A program made the translations under genes and the position numbers. This document shows positions 1 through 13,338 of a stretch of DNA of 64,000 nt, in pieces. Numbering within the stretch: position 1 is the first letter of the stretch; each line of letters begins with the position of its first letter. The notes below the pieces were generated by a model that searched no databases, was not told the DNA's origin, and was given only the letters and a program-made list of their open reading frames with translations. The stretch lies in assembly GCA_026026165.1 (NCBI GenBank), contig JAPEUD010000040.1, positions 124,001 through 188,000 on the forward strand, given 5' to 3'. This stretch comes from Sarea resinae (taxonomy: Eukaryota).

Positions 1-1743
1 CTCTGCCCTTGAGCATCCGATTTACGTACATTGTACATGAATCGCAGGCTCATCAGTCTGCATGTCTCATGTCTCTCGTCGAGATGCATGATCCAACACG
101 ATCTAACTGATCCCACGGCCATCTGTCAGTCCTGTCAACTCGTCAATTGCATCTCGCAGGACATCCGTTCCATGTTGGATCAATGAGAGAGAAGCGATCT
201 GGAGAGCAAGGAGGCAGCCCTGCAATCAGGAATCCCTCCATCTGGCTTATTTGATATTAGCGTTCGACTGACTGATGCTATGCGCGCCCGACGTATCGTC
301 GAACATTCTTTTCTCTCCCCCTCTCCCTCTGCCTCTCCTCTCCCACACTCTCGGCCAACTAATACTCACCTTACGCAGCGACTTCAGTTGCTTCGTACAG
401 GTACAGATGGACCTGGTGCCACACGGGATGTCGTTTGACAACTCACATCACATTAACAGCAGTTCACAGCAAGAGCTACGGCTACGGCTACGGCTACAGC
501 TGCTCGTTGCTGCTGCTGCTCGGGCGCACAACATGAAGAATCTTACTGCCCCTGCCGACCGCATCTCTTGAATGGATTTCTTTCTACAGAGTACATCCCG
601 CCCGTCTTTTGATCTCGCCCTTACCTTGGAAGCAAGCCACGGGCGATCCTTCTTCCCGACGGGATTTGTATGCCACGTCAGTTCTGACGGCTGAGTGCGC
701 TCATTGATACATCGCCTTGCAAGCATATGTTCGCGCATCGCATCTAATTAGCGACGAACGGGCCTCGGATTGCTCCGCTGTCAGCGAAGGAGAATGCGAC
801 AACAGCAAAGGCGCGAAAAGCCTTGGCCGCTTGCCATGATGAACGAGTGTGTGGGTGTGCGTCAGTGACGATGATGGCGACGGCGACAGCGACAGCGACA
901 GCAACAACGTTGCCTTTCTTTTTCTCCGGCCGTCTCCCTGTCCTGTCTCTCTTCAGCTTGAGGCGAAGTCGATGTCATGCTTTTTACTGGTTCCTGCTTT
1001 CAACCTGCGCGAGCGACGCCTCGTTAAAGTTTGGCCACGCTACTCCGTACATACGCGTACCCACGCCGCGGCTACAGCAGGAGCTGAATGAAAGAGGAAG
1101 CATGAGGAATAAAGACGGGCTCTTCTGCTGATGTCCTTTGATATCTATGATAAAGAACCGGCACATTTGCTATCCGGCTAAAACATTAGGAAACTCTTCA
1201 TCACTTTCCGTCGCGCGCGAAACGCACCCCTGCGGCTTGGACCGTTTACGCTGTAAGCTTATATTAGCGATCTCTCTTCTCCGACGATCACCAACTTTCG
1301 TCAGCACTAGAGCGTTGTTGCCCCGTGCATTGTGCCACGGAAAGTCTTCATTCCGATCGAATCGTCTGTTTGGGCAATTGTCGCGAAGTTGCGCACGTAG
1401 TGCGGGACACTTGCGCGCATCTCACTGCAGCAGAAAAAGTCACCGTACAGTACGTGTTTACGATTTGCGGCACAAGCTTGCGATTGCGGCACGGAGTTTG
1501 CGATCTACGGTTGTCAGCTTATGGTGCATGCTCTTTTCTCCAAAGCGGCCCACTATCGAGATAACGGTCCGGGATATTCTGGGGTAAGGCGTCAAGCGCA
1601 TCAACCAATTTTCAGAACTTGGCAGCAAAGGTTCCATCTGAAACAAATACTACTCCTTGGCGGTACCCAGATTCCAGGGAGTGTACGATCCGAATCTCAC
1701 TCGCCGTTGACGCGGAAAAAAACCAAAAGGACGACTTCAAGGC

Positions 1744-2637
1744 ATGCCTCCGGACAGTTCTTCGTTTACGGCGTTGAATCTCCCCCAATCCCAGATCCCA
1801 GAATGGATGGGCTCCTTCTCGCTGCATGCGCCGCCCAATACGGATCTCTGGCGCAAGCCGCCGTCGCGCGACACGTCCACGGCGCCGATCCTGTACACGG
1901 CTTTGCGGCATCCGTTCATTGCGGCCGAGGTGACTATCTGCGCTGATTGGGAACTGGAATGGGATCAAGCAGGTCTTGTCATCTTCGCCGGCGCACCTCC
2001 GGGACGAGTAGTATCGCCGTCGCCGTCACCGTCACCGTCGACTCCAGCAACATCAACAATAACGACGTCAGCAACAGCAGTAATGGCAACAACGACAACG
2101 ACAACGACAGCAACGTCCACAACAATAACAGAAGATGAAGCCTCAGCACCCCCGCCACCCTACTCCAGCCCCGCAACGAACACCCCCCCGGCCTCCAAAT
2201 GGCTCAAAGCCGGCCTAGAATTCGCCAACAACGCCGTTCATGCATCTTCAGTGTGCGCGACCTCGGACGGCGCCGACTGGGCGCTCTCGCCACTCCCAGC
2301 CAGCTACGCGTCGCGGTCCGATCTCCGCGTCAAGCTCGAACGCATCGGCTTCGCGCTGTGGATCTGGATCGAGGACTCGTCGCACGGGGGTGGTGGCAGT
2401 GGTGGCGTTGGTAGCAGCGGCAACGGCGGCGGTGGAGGTGCAGGCTGGAAGAAGCTGAGAGAGGTCACGTGGTTCTTCTGGGGCGTCGAGGACAAGGCCA
2501 TCCGCATCGGCGTGTATGCGTCGCGGCCGGCCAACTTCGGGGCCAGCACCGTGTACGAGCGGCGACATGGCGGTGGGGCTGGGGGCATCGGCCAACGGAG
2601 TCTGGTCGTCGACTTTGAGGATCTAGAGATTTTCTGA
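1744..2637 (+). CDS. DUF1349 (Ree1-like, beta-sandwich) protein, intronless, with Thr/Pro and Gly low-complexity inserts
   Basis: 297-aa ORF with TDLWRKPP...APILY, WDQAGLVIF, KWLKAGLEF, SVCAT..GADWAL, WKKLREVTWFF and IGVYASRP motifs typical of fungal DUF1349 proteins. Confidence 0.8.
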   Translation: MPPDSSSFTALNLPQSQIPEWMGSFSLHAPPNTDLWRKPPSRDTSTAPILYTALRHPFIAAEVTICADWELEWDQAGLVIFAGAPPGRVVSPSPSPSPSTPATSTITTSATAVMATTTTTTTATSTTITEDEASAPPPPYSSPATNTPPASKWLKAGLEFANNAVHASSVCATSDGADWALSPLPASYASRSDLRVKLERIGFALWIWIEDSSHGGGGSGGVGSSGNGGGGGAGWKKLREVTWFFWGVEDKAIRIGVYASRPANFGASTVYERRHGGGAGGIGQRSLVVDFEDLEIF

Positions 2638-3462
2638 CCGTTCTTTTTTTGGTTTTTTCTTGTGGCCTTTGGCGTGGTGAAGTGAGGTGGTGTAGTGAGG
2701 TTTGGGTGGGGAGGGGGTGGAAGGAGGATATCTGTTGGCTTCATGTATGTTCGTTGTTGTCGTTAGTAGGTAGGAAAGTTTTGCATTCTATCTGACTTAT
2801 CTACTTACCCCCCTCCCCTTTCATACAACTTTCTTCCTTTCTCTGCACAGTCACAATCACAATCACAACCATTCAACCATTCAACCATTCAATCACAACC
2901 ATTCAATCAAAACCACAAATGACCACTACGCTCCTTCTGATTTAGAAGACAGAGAAGATGTTTCATTCATTCATTCGCAAGCTACGGTACCAACGAAACG
3001 AAACGAAACGAAAATAAAATAAATCGGAAGTTCAGCTAGGCTGAGTTAAACGGGGGCCTGCGCAGTTGATGACGACGACGACGACGACGACGATGGCGGG
3101 GCGGGCGACGATGGCGACTGCATACTCGCCCTCTCTCTCTCTCTCTCTCTCTCGCTCTTTTGGCCGCGATGCTCGTGGGTGTGGTGTAAAGAAAAGAAAC
3201 AAAAGAAAAAGAAAAAGAGGGGAAAGGGGAAAGGGAATAGTTCCCATCATGCAGACACCGTCATCGAATTCCTAATCGTAATCGTAATCGTATCATATCG
3301 TATCGTAACCCTAATCGTAATCGTATCGTAGTACCAGACACCTCTCCCACAACACACCCAAATTTTTCGCCCGCCATGGCCCAACCCGTCCGGCTCTGAC
3401 TCTGGCTCTGAATAGCCTTTCCTGTCCTTTTTTCCATTCGGCCAGGAGTCACCAGTCACCAG

Positions 3463-6400
3463 TCACCAGTCACCAGTCGCCAGCGGTCTCGACGTCGACG
3501 TCGACGTTGACTTGGGCTTAGGCGTCCTGGCTTTCTTGCTCTTCTCTGTCTTGCTCGACGAGGACAGTAGCAGTAGCAGACCCACTCCCATGACCATTAC
3601 CATCATGACGACCGTCATCATCGTTGATTTCTTCGAGGTCGGAGAGCCGGTATTCCTCCCACGTGGAAGAACGTGGTAGCCCGTGTCGTTGGTCCAGACG
3701 GAGAGTCGGTCGGGGTCTCGGTCGGGGTCTCTGTCGGGGTTGGTTTCGTTTTCGTTTTCGTTTTCGTCGTCATTTTCATCGTCGTGGTCATGGTCAGCGG
3801 AACAGACAGGGCCGGGTTGGACGTTCTCTACCGCGGCGGGGTCGTCGACGTGAAGATCAGCATCACCAGCGCAAGCTAGATCAGCAAGACAAGGATGAGC
3901 TTGAGCGGGCCCGGAAGCCTGACTCGGGTGAGCGAAGCCGGTGCCGCGTGGCGAGACGGTGATCTCGTGGCTGTGACAATGGGGCAATGACGGTGAGGAG
4001 GACGGACGATCGTCGCTGGTGTCGCTGGCGTCGTTCTTGTGATGATATTCGTAAGGGGAGAGGGAACCGCCGTATTGGCTCTCATCCTGGCACTGCGAGC
4101 TGGTGGCTTGCTGACCGTGACGCTCGGCCTGCTGCTCAGCGATAAGCGTCGCAGAAGCTAGAGCGGCGTGGTAAGCGGCGGCAGTCATGGCGTGCGTAGG
4201 CGGTTTGACGGGCGCGTAGGCGGCTGTGAAAGAGCGGTGGGGAGAGAGAAAACGGTGCCATTCGCTGCGATATCTCTGTTCGGCTTCTGCCTTTGCGGCC
4301 GCGAGGTCGATAGCCGCTCCCTGCTCGCTGGACGCGGTCGAGCATGCCGAGGTCGAGAAGGAGATCCCGGAACCGGATCCTCGCTCGATGCTGCGGATGA
4401 TGGCGTGGTAGCGCTGGCGAACCCGATTAAGCTCGATATTCGCGGCCGAGGCGATAGAGTCGCTGGCTTCTCTGCCCGAGGCGTGCTCGTTTGCTTTGTT
4501 GTCGATGTCGTTGTTGTTGACCTTTACATTCGTCGCACTCTTCTTCTGGCCTTTTGTGCATACGTCTTCTTCAGCAATGGTGTCGATGGTGTCGGCTCGT
4601 GTTCTCCCAAGAAAGCCCGTTTGCGGTATCGCCATCTGTCCGGCCGTGGGGCTTCGAGGTGACAGTCGTGATGCTGCGCCTCTGCTGACCGTGCTGGCTC
4701 CGAACTTTGCGCTACGTACGAACTTGGCGGAAGACCGAGCCTGAGCTCCGTCGTCATCTGTGTCCCGAAAAAGGCCCACCTTGTCTTCCTTCTTCATAGC
4801 CTCTTCGAAGGCCACCATCTGCCACCCGACCAGATCGCCACCACCAACCCACTCCCGACCCCATAAACAAAGCGTCTTCCGTCCGCGGCTCTGCTGCACG
4901 ACCTCTTCAGCGACCGTCTTAAACCAGTCCCAGACGCCCCTCTCCTCTTGTGTGTGCATCCTAGGCACCACCAGCCCGGTATGACAGCCAATACGCACGA
5001 GTGTCTGAAAGAACGGCTCCAGTAGCCCCATGAGTCCGTGAGGTGTGTTGTCTGCGCACGAGCGTCGAGGACACCTGAGACCTTTCACTTGCAACACCAC
5101 CGTCTGAAGACGCTTGTACTCATCGGTTGCTGAGCTGAGGCCGAACGCGATCTCGCGGACGACGGTACGCCAGGCCAGCAGGGCAGCACGGACGGCGTCG
5201 GAGTGGTAGAGGGGCGCATCCTCCTCGGCGCATTCTTTCGGACCAAAGGCCGTGCCAGCGATCTTGTGGTGATGGTACGGAGTGAGCAGCAACGGCGCCT
5301 TGAGCTTGGTGCCCTTGTTCAGATCGCCCGAGAAGTCCAGAGCGAGACCGCGTAGCCAAGCGCGATTTTCGGCCCCAATCGTCGCGAGGAAATGGTAGGC
5401 GTCAGCACCCGACGTGAGGGTGAAGGTATTGGCAAAGTAAAGCGCCGTGCGGGCCTCGAAGCCGATTTGCTTGTTGGCGAGCAAGAGACCGAGGTTCGGA
5501 TAGACCACTTGGCCATAGTCCTCGACGGCCCCATAGCGAGGGCGAGCATGGGGCGGCAAGTATTTGAGCTTGGGCGCCGCCATATGATAAGGCACGAGGG
5601 CCTTGTTGCAGACCACCGTGAACTCGTAGATCCGGAGCCTGACGTTCTTCGGCAACCGGAGGAAAGGGAATGCCTTTCCCGGGATTAGATCCCAACGAAT
5701 CTGCATGCCCGTCCTTGCCTGCTCAGCGGCCAGGCTTGGGTAATTGAATGAGCTGCGGGGAAGCTCATAGTCCCTCGGGCAGAGAGGGGGCGAGGGCGGC
5801 AGTTCCATGTCGTCGGTGGCATCCAAGAACTCCCAGATCGTCATACCGTCATCTAGAACGGCAGACGCTTCCACTTTCGCGGGAATTGGGGATGATTCGC
5901 CGTCAGGGTCGGACATACTGTCCGCCCGTTCGGGCCATTCAAAGCGGTCCGAGAACTGGCTAGCCGCCTCGCCCTTCGAACTCTCGATTCTCTCAAGACG
6001 GTCTTCCTCAGAGGCAATGAGGTCGGCCCGAATTCCTTCGGCCATAGGCACCTCCACTTCCGAAGAGGGGGGAGAGCCCTTTTCTCCAGAGGTGGGGGAC
6101 ATTGCGCGTCTTTCGCTCTGACTATCCTGCGAAGGATAGGATTGCAAACGAGATGAGGGAGGGGGTGGTGGTAATCGGGACGGCGGTGGTGGTGGTGGTG
6201 GTGGTAATCGGCGTGGTGGTGGTATTGGTGGTGGTGATGATGGTGATGATGATGATGATGATGATGATGGATGGAGAGGTGGTGGTGATGACAGTGGTGA
6301 GGGAGAAGTCAACAAAGTAGGTTCAGCAGTCTCTGCGCTGTAATCAATAGTGAAAACTTCTCGCAAGGGCGTGGACCTGATGATAATCAGCAGTCGCACT

Positions 6401-6485
6401 CTTGTGGACTTGGGGCATGGAGATAGGGTATCGTGAACGTGAAAACTTACCCCAGTCTTCGACGGGTTGGATGAACAGTCGCCAT
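3463..6485 (-). CDS. Hypothetical protein with a fungal F-box-like segment and long low-complexity termini
   Basis: Exon 1 6485-6451 (ATGGCGACT..), GT-AG intron 6450-6377 splices in frame into the 978-aa ORF; contains FPFLRLPKNVRLRIYEF and LLLANKQIGFEARTALYFANTF, typical of fungal F-box-like hypothetical proteins. Confidence 0.65.
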
Positions 6486-7196
6486 GGTGATCAGTTCAAC
6501 TTAATCGTTCAGCCCGCTCATCCAGCTTAGTCGTTCTCGCGAGGACAGAGTATCATCCCGATGCGGAGAGCATGAGAGCGCCGAGCCTTTCGGAAAGCTG
6601 AGTGTAGCCAAATGGAGCAATGTTTCGAACGCTTAAAACGCTATTCTGATCGCCGCGTCTTTCGCAAAGCTGGATACAGCCGCATAGAGTAATCTATTGA
6701 ACGGCGAGATCTCTTCCAAGACATTGCGAGTTCCTGTTATGGTTAGAGTCTCACGACTTTGCATCACGGTCGATGGTTGACGGAAACTCAGCAGCGAGGT
6801 GGGAGGTGCGAGGTGAACGTTCAGAAGGTTCAATGCCGGCCGATAATCCATCAAATAACAGACTGAAAACCAAACCTCACCTCAGATAGAAAAAGGAGGG
6901 GGCTGGGCATCTAGACTCAAGATTCACTGTTCACAAACCTTCTAACCCCTGACCCATCAAACGGTTAAACAATGATTCACTGAGCTCTTTTAACTGGAAC
7001 AGCCGAAGACGAGACAGGTTGCACAAGGTTCTGATGGATTCCACTCAATATTTGCCAAGAGCTGTGAACGCCAGCCCAACCACCTGCTCGAAATGAGAAT
7101 TTACAGTGTTCACACTCATAGACGCTTCGTAGACCAGAACAGACAGATAAAAAGGAGACTTTCACCAACTGACGCTAAAAGCCCCGACAACAAAGG

Positions 7197-9895
7197 CTAC
7201 CATCCACCCTCTTTTTCCGACGATGCCCTGATTCGTCTCTCCACCCGCTCTCTATGCTGTCGATTCTTTAAATGCACTTCAAAGTTGTCCACCGTCATCT
7301 CCGGGCCCGGCGTATAGAGCTTGCCAGGGCAATCATGACATCGAATGCGCGGGAAATACTGATATTTTACATTGGATGGAGGGGGTTGCCCCAGCTGGAC
7401 CGCGGTGCTCGGAAGCGGCGAGTCGGTAGCGATGTCCACGGCGGTGTATCGCATTGTGCCTTCAAAAGAATCGCGAGGATACCTCGTTCTCAGCGCAGCG
7501 AGGCCTGTTGTAAGCCAGGAAGGAGGTGGGGGCTATGGATACACGGGTCAGATGAATACTTTTGACACAGTTGGTTATGAAATATGAGATTAGAAAACAA
7601 TGAGAAAGAACATTAAAGGCCCAACGACTGCCCAGAAGAAAGTATGCTTGTTGACGCCTCGCAGAAACCCTTCTGATCCAAACTGAGAATTGACCAACAT
7701 TATAAACCACTCACCCCTGGCTGGCCCGGCGTTGGAGGATGTGTTGCATCAACCCTTCCATACTTTTGTTGCTGAGCTCCGACTGCTCCTCCGTTGAGCT
7801 GCGGCTGCGATTGGCCTGATCCAAAGCTATTCCGATGTGGCCCGGGCAGTTGCTGCTGTTGCATGGCTGGGGTTGTTGGTGGGGGTCCCATCGATCCCGG
7901 TGCAGGTGTCCCTTGCTGTGACTGGGCACCTTGAGATGGTGGCCGTGGCGTGGACGCGTAAGAAGGCGGTTGTTCGCCCCTAGACCTGGCTTTTCGCTCC
8001 CGTAGATACTGTCTGAATCTCTCCTTCGAAATCGGAAGACGTACGATGAGCGAAGGTGATTCACTGCTATCCTCACGCAGTTCTCGGCCTCCATATCGCC
8101 GTGATGAGGTCCTAGTCTCATGGTGATGCGCGATGGACTCGGGTGTTGCTGAGCGCCCTAGATTGGCCCGCATCGCCGCCTGAGCAGCAGATGCAGCGCC
8201 CCTCATTCCTCTCGTCCTTGCCGTGCCTGACAAGTAGTTTGAAGATAAAGCAGGCGAGTCTGGGGACGAATCTTCGCTCGACGATTCATCGGATTCTCCG
8301 TCTCTTTGGCCGGCAGCCGCACGACGCCCTCGGCCGGATACCGCACCGGACTTTTTGAGGATATTGCTCTCTTCCAACGTTTCTGCTGCGCCGGGAAGTA
8401 CTGATGACACAATCAGCGTTCGCACGGTGCGCGCTCGGTCTTTGAGATCAGGCAAGGCGGGGCCTCCACGGCGATTAACGGAGCGCTTCTGCCTCCTCTG
8501 CTCTCTCGACAGTGTGACCTCTGTCCGTTCGAGTTCGGCCTCGTTCAGTTCGTAAAGATAAGGGGTGTAGTCTTTTGCAGATTGCGCTGGTCGGAAGACG
8601 GAAGGTAGAGGTGATGGCAGAAAGTTTGCACTTAGGTCGGAATCTTCGATGGGACGTCCATCAAATGGATGTCCGGTCACATAGAGACTCTTTGTGAATA
8701 GCTGACTTTGCTCCCGAATGCAATGTGCGATTGCGGTCGTGAATTCCCCAGATAACGACAGATCTGTCGTCATCTGTTTGGCAAAGTCCTCTGGAGAATT
8801 AAGTGGATTGTTTATTTCCCATTCGAACTGATCGACGAGTGTATGCTGTCCGATGGTGATGTTAAGCTTGATCAGGATGCGCATCTCGTCATTTTTGTAA
8901 GCACTATAGGGCAGATGAGGATCCAGAGCTTCCTCGTCGATGTATACCTGAGGATAGAAATCTTGAATCTGCTCTGCCAACGACTGGCAGACATGATGCA
9001 TGAGAAGTCCATTAGCCTCCGGAGGGAGCTTGAAATCTTCTACCAGCTGCTCTGCGAATAGTTCCGGCGGGATTACACGATCATGAAGATTCCAGGTAAA
9101 GGTGTCGCGAAGCTTGATCTTGTCCCATTCTATATCCAATCGAACTGGTATAAGCTCCTCCAATTGTTCGGCCTGAGTGGCAAGGTCTTTTCGCGAAATC
9201 CGCAGCTCTCGCGTTTTGCGTCCGCCAGGCCTTTTACGCTGAACGGGATACACTATTCGTGGCTTGTCATCAGTGCGACCATTGCCGTATCCAGCATATC
9301 CATATCCAAAAATCGCGCCGGGGTTTGCCTGCCGCTCCTGACGGAGCCCCTTGTAGAAGTCTATCTCTTTTCGTTTATTTCGTAGAAGTTCATTGGCGGA
9401 GTTCATTTGGGTATTGAGAGCGGCAGCATGGAGAAGATCGCGAGTCACATACTGGTCCAGAGAAAGCTCTTGGGTCGTCGGGCGAGGCCGGTGGGGAAGG
9501 TCGGTCGAGGCCACTTGCGAGGGGAGACGAGATCCAGAACGCGACCGTTTCCGGCCGAGGGAAGCACCGTTGCCAGCTTCTGACGCTGGCGACGATATTG
9601 ATCGTCTCGTAGGAGATTGTTGGTGTTTGGAAGGCGAACCAATGGGTAGGCCGGAGGCTGCCATGACGGCCTTTGCTTTTTGCTTGCCTTCAACGATGGC
9701 ATTTCTCGATTGCGCATCTTGCAAAGTCGAGGGGGGTCCCTCATTGGGCCCGACGGGTCCGTCTATCTCCGCCCCAGGTGTGCCATCGATTTGCGATCCA
9801 CCGCGTGGAGGAGCACCGAGATTGGAATGGGGACGGGGAAGCTGCGTCGGCGGACTATGGGGCGGAGGCTGGGCGGGAGAGGGAGAGGGCATCAT
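7197..9895 (-). CDS. SNF5: SWI/SNF chromatin-remodelling complex subunit Snf5
   Basis: Two SNF5 repeats (ELIPVRLDIEWDKIKLRDTFTWN; RILIKLNITIGQHTLVDQFEW) and LELERTE..REQRRQKR; intron 7714-7533 joins in frame to a last exon with CHDC..H..H; start inferred at ATGATG 9895. Confidence 0.92.
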
Positions 9896-11818
9896 CCCAG
9901 CTGACACGGAGATGCACCGCCCTCCACGAGGTAATGGGACGCCAACAATGGGCGGAGCGGACAGGTCAACCCTACCGAATCATCGAAAAGCCTACACCTG
10001 TCAGCCATGATCCGGAACGCGATCGAGCAATCGTAGCAACGGGTTGCCAAGTCGCGCGACGTCCCAACGACGCGACATGGTGAGCGACATGGTGGTGGTG
10101 GTGATGATCAGCCTCAACACCATGGCCCACGAGCCGACCACGACCACACGCGACGAGAAGACGAATCCATCAACTCCCACCACATGTGGCACATGGCGAT
10201 GAGAGCGGGCAAGGGATGGGAAAGGCAACGATGAATCAATCACGACAACAATGGTGAAGGATGATGACACGTACCGGGGCGGCGCTACTCACTGGGCAGA
10301 TGGCGATGCGTGTGCCTTCGGGAGAAGACCCGGCCGTGCAGACAAGAAAGGGCACCCAGTCGGGGAAGGGATGGTCGGGTGAGAGGTGGGCGGTGCGGTT
10401 GCGGTTGCGGTGCGGTGTGCGGTGTGAGGTGCCTGTGAGGTGCCTGACTGATTACGAGTACTGCGTAGAGTCGAGTCGAGTCTGCTCTGCTCTGCTCTGC
10501 TCTTCTGGCTGGACTGGACTGGAGAATGCACCGTGGCTCAGTCCACTGGGGCACTCGCTCAGTCGTTCACTGGATCCGTCACTCGTCACTCGTCGCTGAC
10601 TCTCCGGGCGGCCAGGGCAGTAGTACTCGTGCTCTAGTGAGTGACTCTCCGTTCGATCGAATTCGATCCAGGAAAGCAAGTCAGACCCTGCACCTGCACT
10701 GGGCACTTTGCTTCTCTTTGGCTCCTGGGGCTCCTTGGGCTCCTGGCTCGACCCGCTCGAAGCAAAAGACAGAGTGGATTAAGCTCCAGACGCTGATGCT
10801 GGTTGGCTGGTGCGGCTAGTCAGAGAGGGGGTGGGCGTAGTAGTCGTCGTACTACTATGAGTACTACTATGAGTACTGCTACCTACCTTAGGTATGTACT
10901 TGTACTCTCACGGATTTCCTTCGCTTTGGCCGAAAGGGGGGTCACCAACCGGTCGAGGACTTACTTGCGCAGGACCCAGAGCAGAGTACGTAGTACCGAG
11001 TACTCGTATGGAGTACTCAGAGTAGAGCAAGGTCCTCGGAGTGTGAAGCAGTCGAGTGAAGCGAGTACTTAGCATGTACATGCCTATCCACCTGGCAGTC
11101 GAGATCGAGATATGGTGGAAGTACAGTGATGCGCCGGAAGTGGACGCTCTGTACCTCGGACGCTCTCTGTCCCAAGGTCTCTTCTACTCGTGTCAAGTAC
11201 TCCGTACTGCGTAGAGTACTCTGGAGTACCTGGGCCATCCCCTACTGCGTACTGCGTAGGAGTACTGCATGCTATGCCCTCTGCAGCCGGAGCCTGGCGA
11301 TAGCCCTACTATGAGTAGATCAATCCACTTTTCATCTTCGTCACCAGTCACGTGAAGCTTCCCGATTCGTCCCTTTGATCTCAATTGTTATTCGCTCGAG
11401 CCTGAGCCTGAGCCGGACGGGATCCATATCTGATCTGCTGCTGTCTTTAGCCAAGAAGCAGCTTGAGCCTTTCTTGATCAGAGCCAAGGACCCTTCTTCT
11501 TCTAGATGATTAGTCCTTCGGCCGATTACTTGTCCATTGCTTGTTCGATGTGGAGATGGCCAGCAGCTTTGCCTAGCGAATCTACCTCTCATCTTCTGCC
11601 TTCTGCAGGAGGGAGACAAGAGGATGCTTGGCCGGTGTGTGGTTCAGCCCGTCCCTAATTGCTCTCCTCAGGGCCTCGGGCTTCGACACGACCTAGCGGT
11701 CCTGATCTTAGTACTGCGAACCTACCTTACGTAGTAGTCTCTCGATGGCTCGTGCCGGCTTCATCAACTCTACCTTATGTATGCATTTCGGGCCATCATT
11801 GTTGATAATCATGGACTT

Positions 11819-12763
11819 CTAGATCAGGTATACGTCGCCAACGACAGCACGATGATCGGAATTATAAACGCCATCCTCAAACCGACTCTCCAGGACCGCG
11901 TAGCCATCCACGTGCCACTGCGCTAGGTGCAGCTTCTTCCTTTCGATATTGGACGTAACGCCATCTTTTGGCCCCACGAAGATGAAGTCGATCCTCTTCT
12001 CAGGCTCCTTCTCATATCCAAACCCCGTAAAGGTGTTTTCGTGCCCGTAGCGGCCATCCTTTTCGGTGTAGTCTCGCAAGTCCTTGATGGGCGATCTCCC
12101 ATCATTCAACGTCTGATAAGCTTCCTGGCCGGTCTCGCTGTTGAAGTCGCCGGCCACGAACACAGGCAGAGGCGGTGCCATGCTGATGCCGTCCCCGCCT
12201 CGGTCGTAGATGCTTCTGCCGATCTCGGCCAGGATGATCTTCGCACTCTCATACCGTGACACGGAGCCACTATCATCGAGATGCGTATTCATGGCTACGA
12301 CGCGCTTCTTGCTCTCCCGGTGCTCGAAGATGCCGATCGTCAGGATGCGAGTAGAGGAGGCATCCCAGCCCCTCGAAGGCTTCTCGGGGGTCTCAGAAAG
12401 CCAGACACTTCTAAAGGACTCGAGTTTCCAGACCGAGGGCCGGTAGAAGATTGGAGAGTACTCTCCAGCTTCACGCCCGTCTTCTCGACCTACGCCGATG
12501 AACGCCCAGTCTTCCGGCGGGGTGCAAAGTGCATGCGAGGACTGCCGGCGGTTGAGAGCAGACAGGACATCTGTCAGTTGATTGTGAAGCACCTCCTGAA
12601 GGCAGATGAAGGCCTCCGGGTGGCCGAACGTATTGAAGCGCAGTTCATCGATGAGCCTCGACCTACGAGCTTCCCATGGCTTTTCTCCCTTGAACGGAGA
12701 CTGGGTTGCGTAGCGGATGTTGTGAGATATCAGACGAATCGGAACAGGTTGTGGGGATCTCAT
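11819..12763 (-). CDS. Endonuclease/exonuclease/phosphatase (EEP) family protein
   Basis: 314-aa ORF with the catalytic motif set SHNI, LQEV, NTHLD, AGDFN, RIDFIF, SDH. Confidence 0.9.
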   Translation of the reverse strand: MRSPQPVPIRLISHNIRYATQSPFKGEKPWEARRSRLIDELRFNTFGHPEAFICLQEVLHNQLTDVLSALNRRQSSHALCTPPEDWAFIGVGREDGREAGEYSPIFYRPSVWKLESFRSVWLSETPEKPSRGWDASSTRILTIGIFEHRESKKRVVAMNTHLDDSGSVSRYESAKIILAEIGRSIYDRGGDGISMAPPLPVFVAGDFNSETGQEAYQTLNDGRSPIKDLRDYTEKDGRYGHENTFTGFGYEKEPEKRIDFIFVGPKDGVTSNIERKKLHLAQWHVDGYAVLESRFEDGVYNSDHRAVVGDVYLI

Positions 12764-13338
12764 CGTGGACGGCTTTTTCAGACCAAGGCAGGCGGCAATA
12801 ATGTCAACAGGCTTATTGAAAATTGTTATTGATGGCTGATGATTTCAGCATGAGCTCTAGCTGATATATCAACAAAAACAACAACACCAGCCTCCGTTCC
12901 TCAAAAGGCGGGCAGACCTTAGGTACTCTTGTAAAGGAAGATAATGGGGAAATGTAAGGCAAGGCATCGGGTACTCTACAGTACTTGTAGACCATGAAGA
13001 GCCGAGAAAAGATACTTGGCCAAGCACCACTGAATGTGCCCCCGGCTGTGTATCTCTGCGGAGAGAGCCAGCCCCAAGGGGTCACGAATACGAACCCCCT
13101 TCCAGCGCTGTTGTTCTCCAACAAGGAGCTCGCTGGCCCTGAGCTAAACGAGGCAGCCCCCCCCCCCCCTCCTCGCCCCACCCACAGGAGGATGCCCCTC
13201 CATTATTGTCGAGTCGAAGTCACACTACCATTTGCTTTCCATTCACCTATTTCGCATAATTCCTACTTCACCTTCCTCAATTGCAAATACCTGGCCGCCT
13301 TTCGGAACACTCAATCGTAAAGGCCAGAGGTACTCATC

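Noticed and set aside
1..1740. Multiple 60-150 aa ORFs at the window start
   Set aside because: Low-complexity or non-ATG ORFs without protein-like motifs; most likely upstream non-coding DNA
2949..2959. ACAGAGAAGAT resembling the U6 snRNA ACAGAGA box
   Set aside because: The flanks do not continue as U6 (no TAGCATGGCCCC)
3306..3314. TAACCCTAA, matching a filamentous-fungal telomerase RNA template / telomere repeat
   Set aside because: Single occurrence inside an (AATCGT)n-like microsatellite in a short convergent intergenic gap; no supporting structure seen
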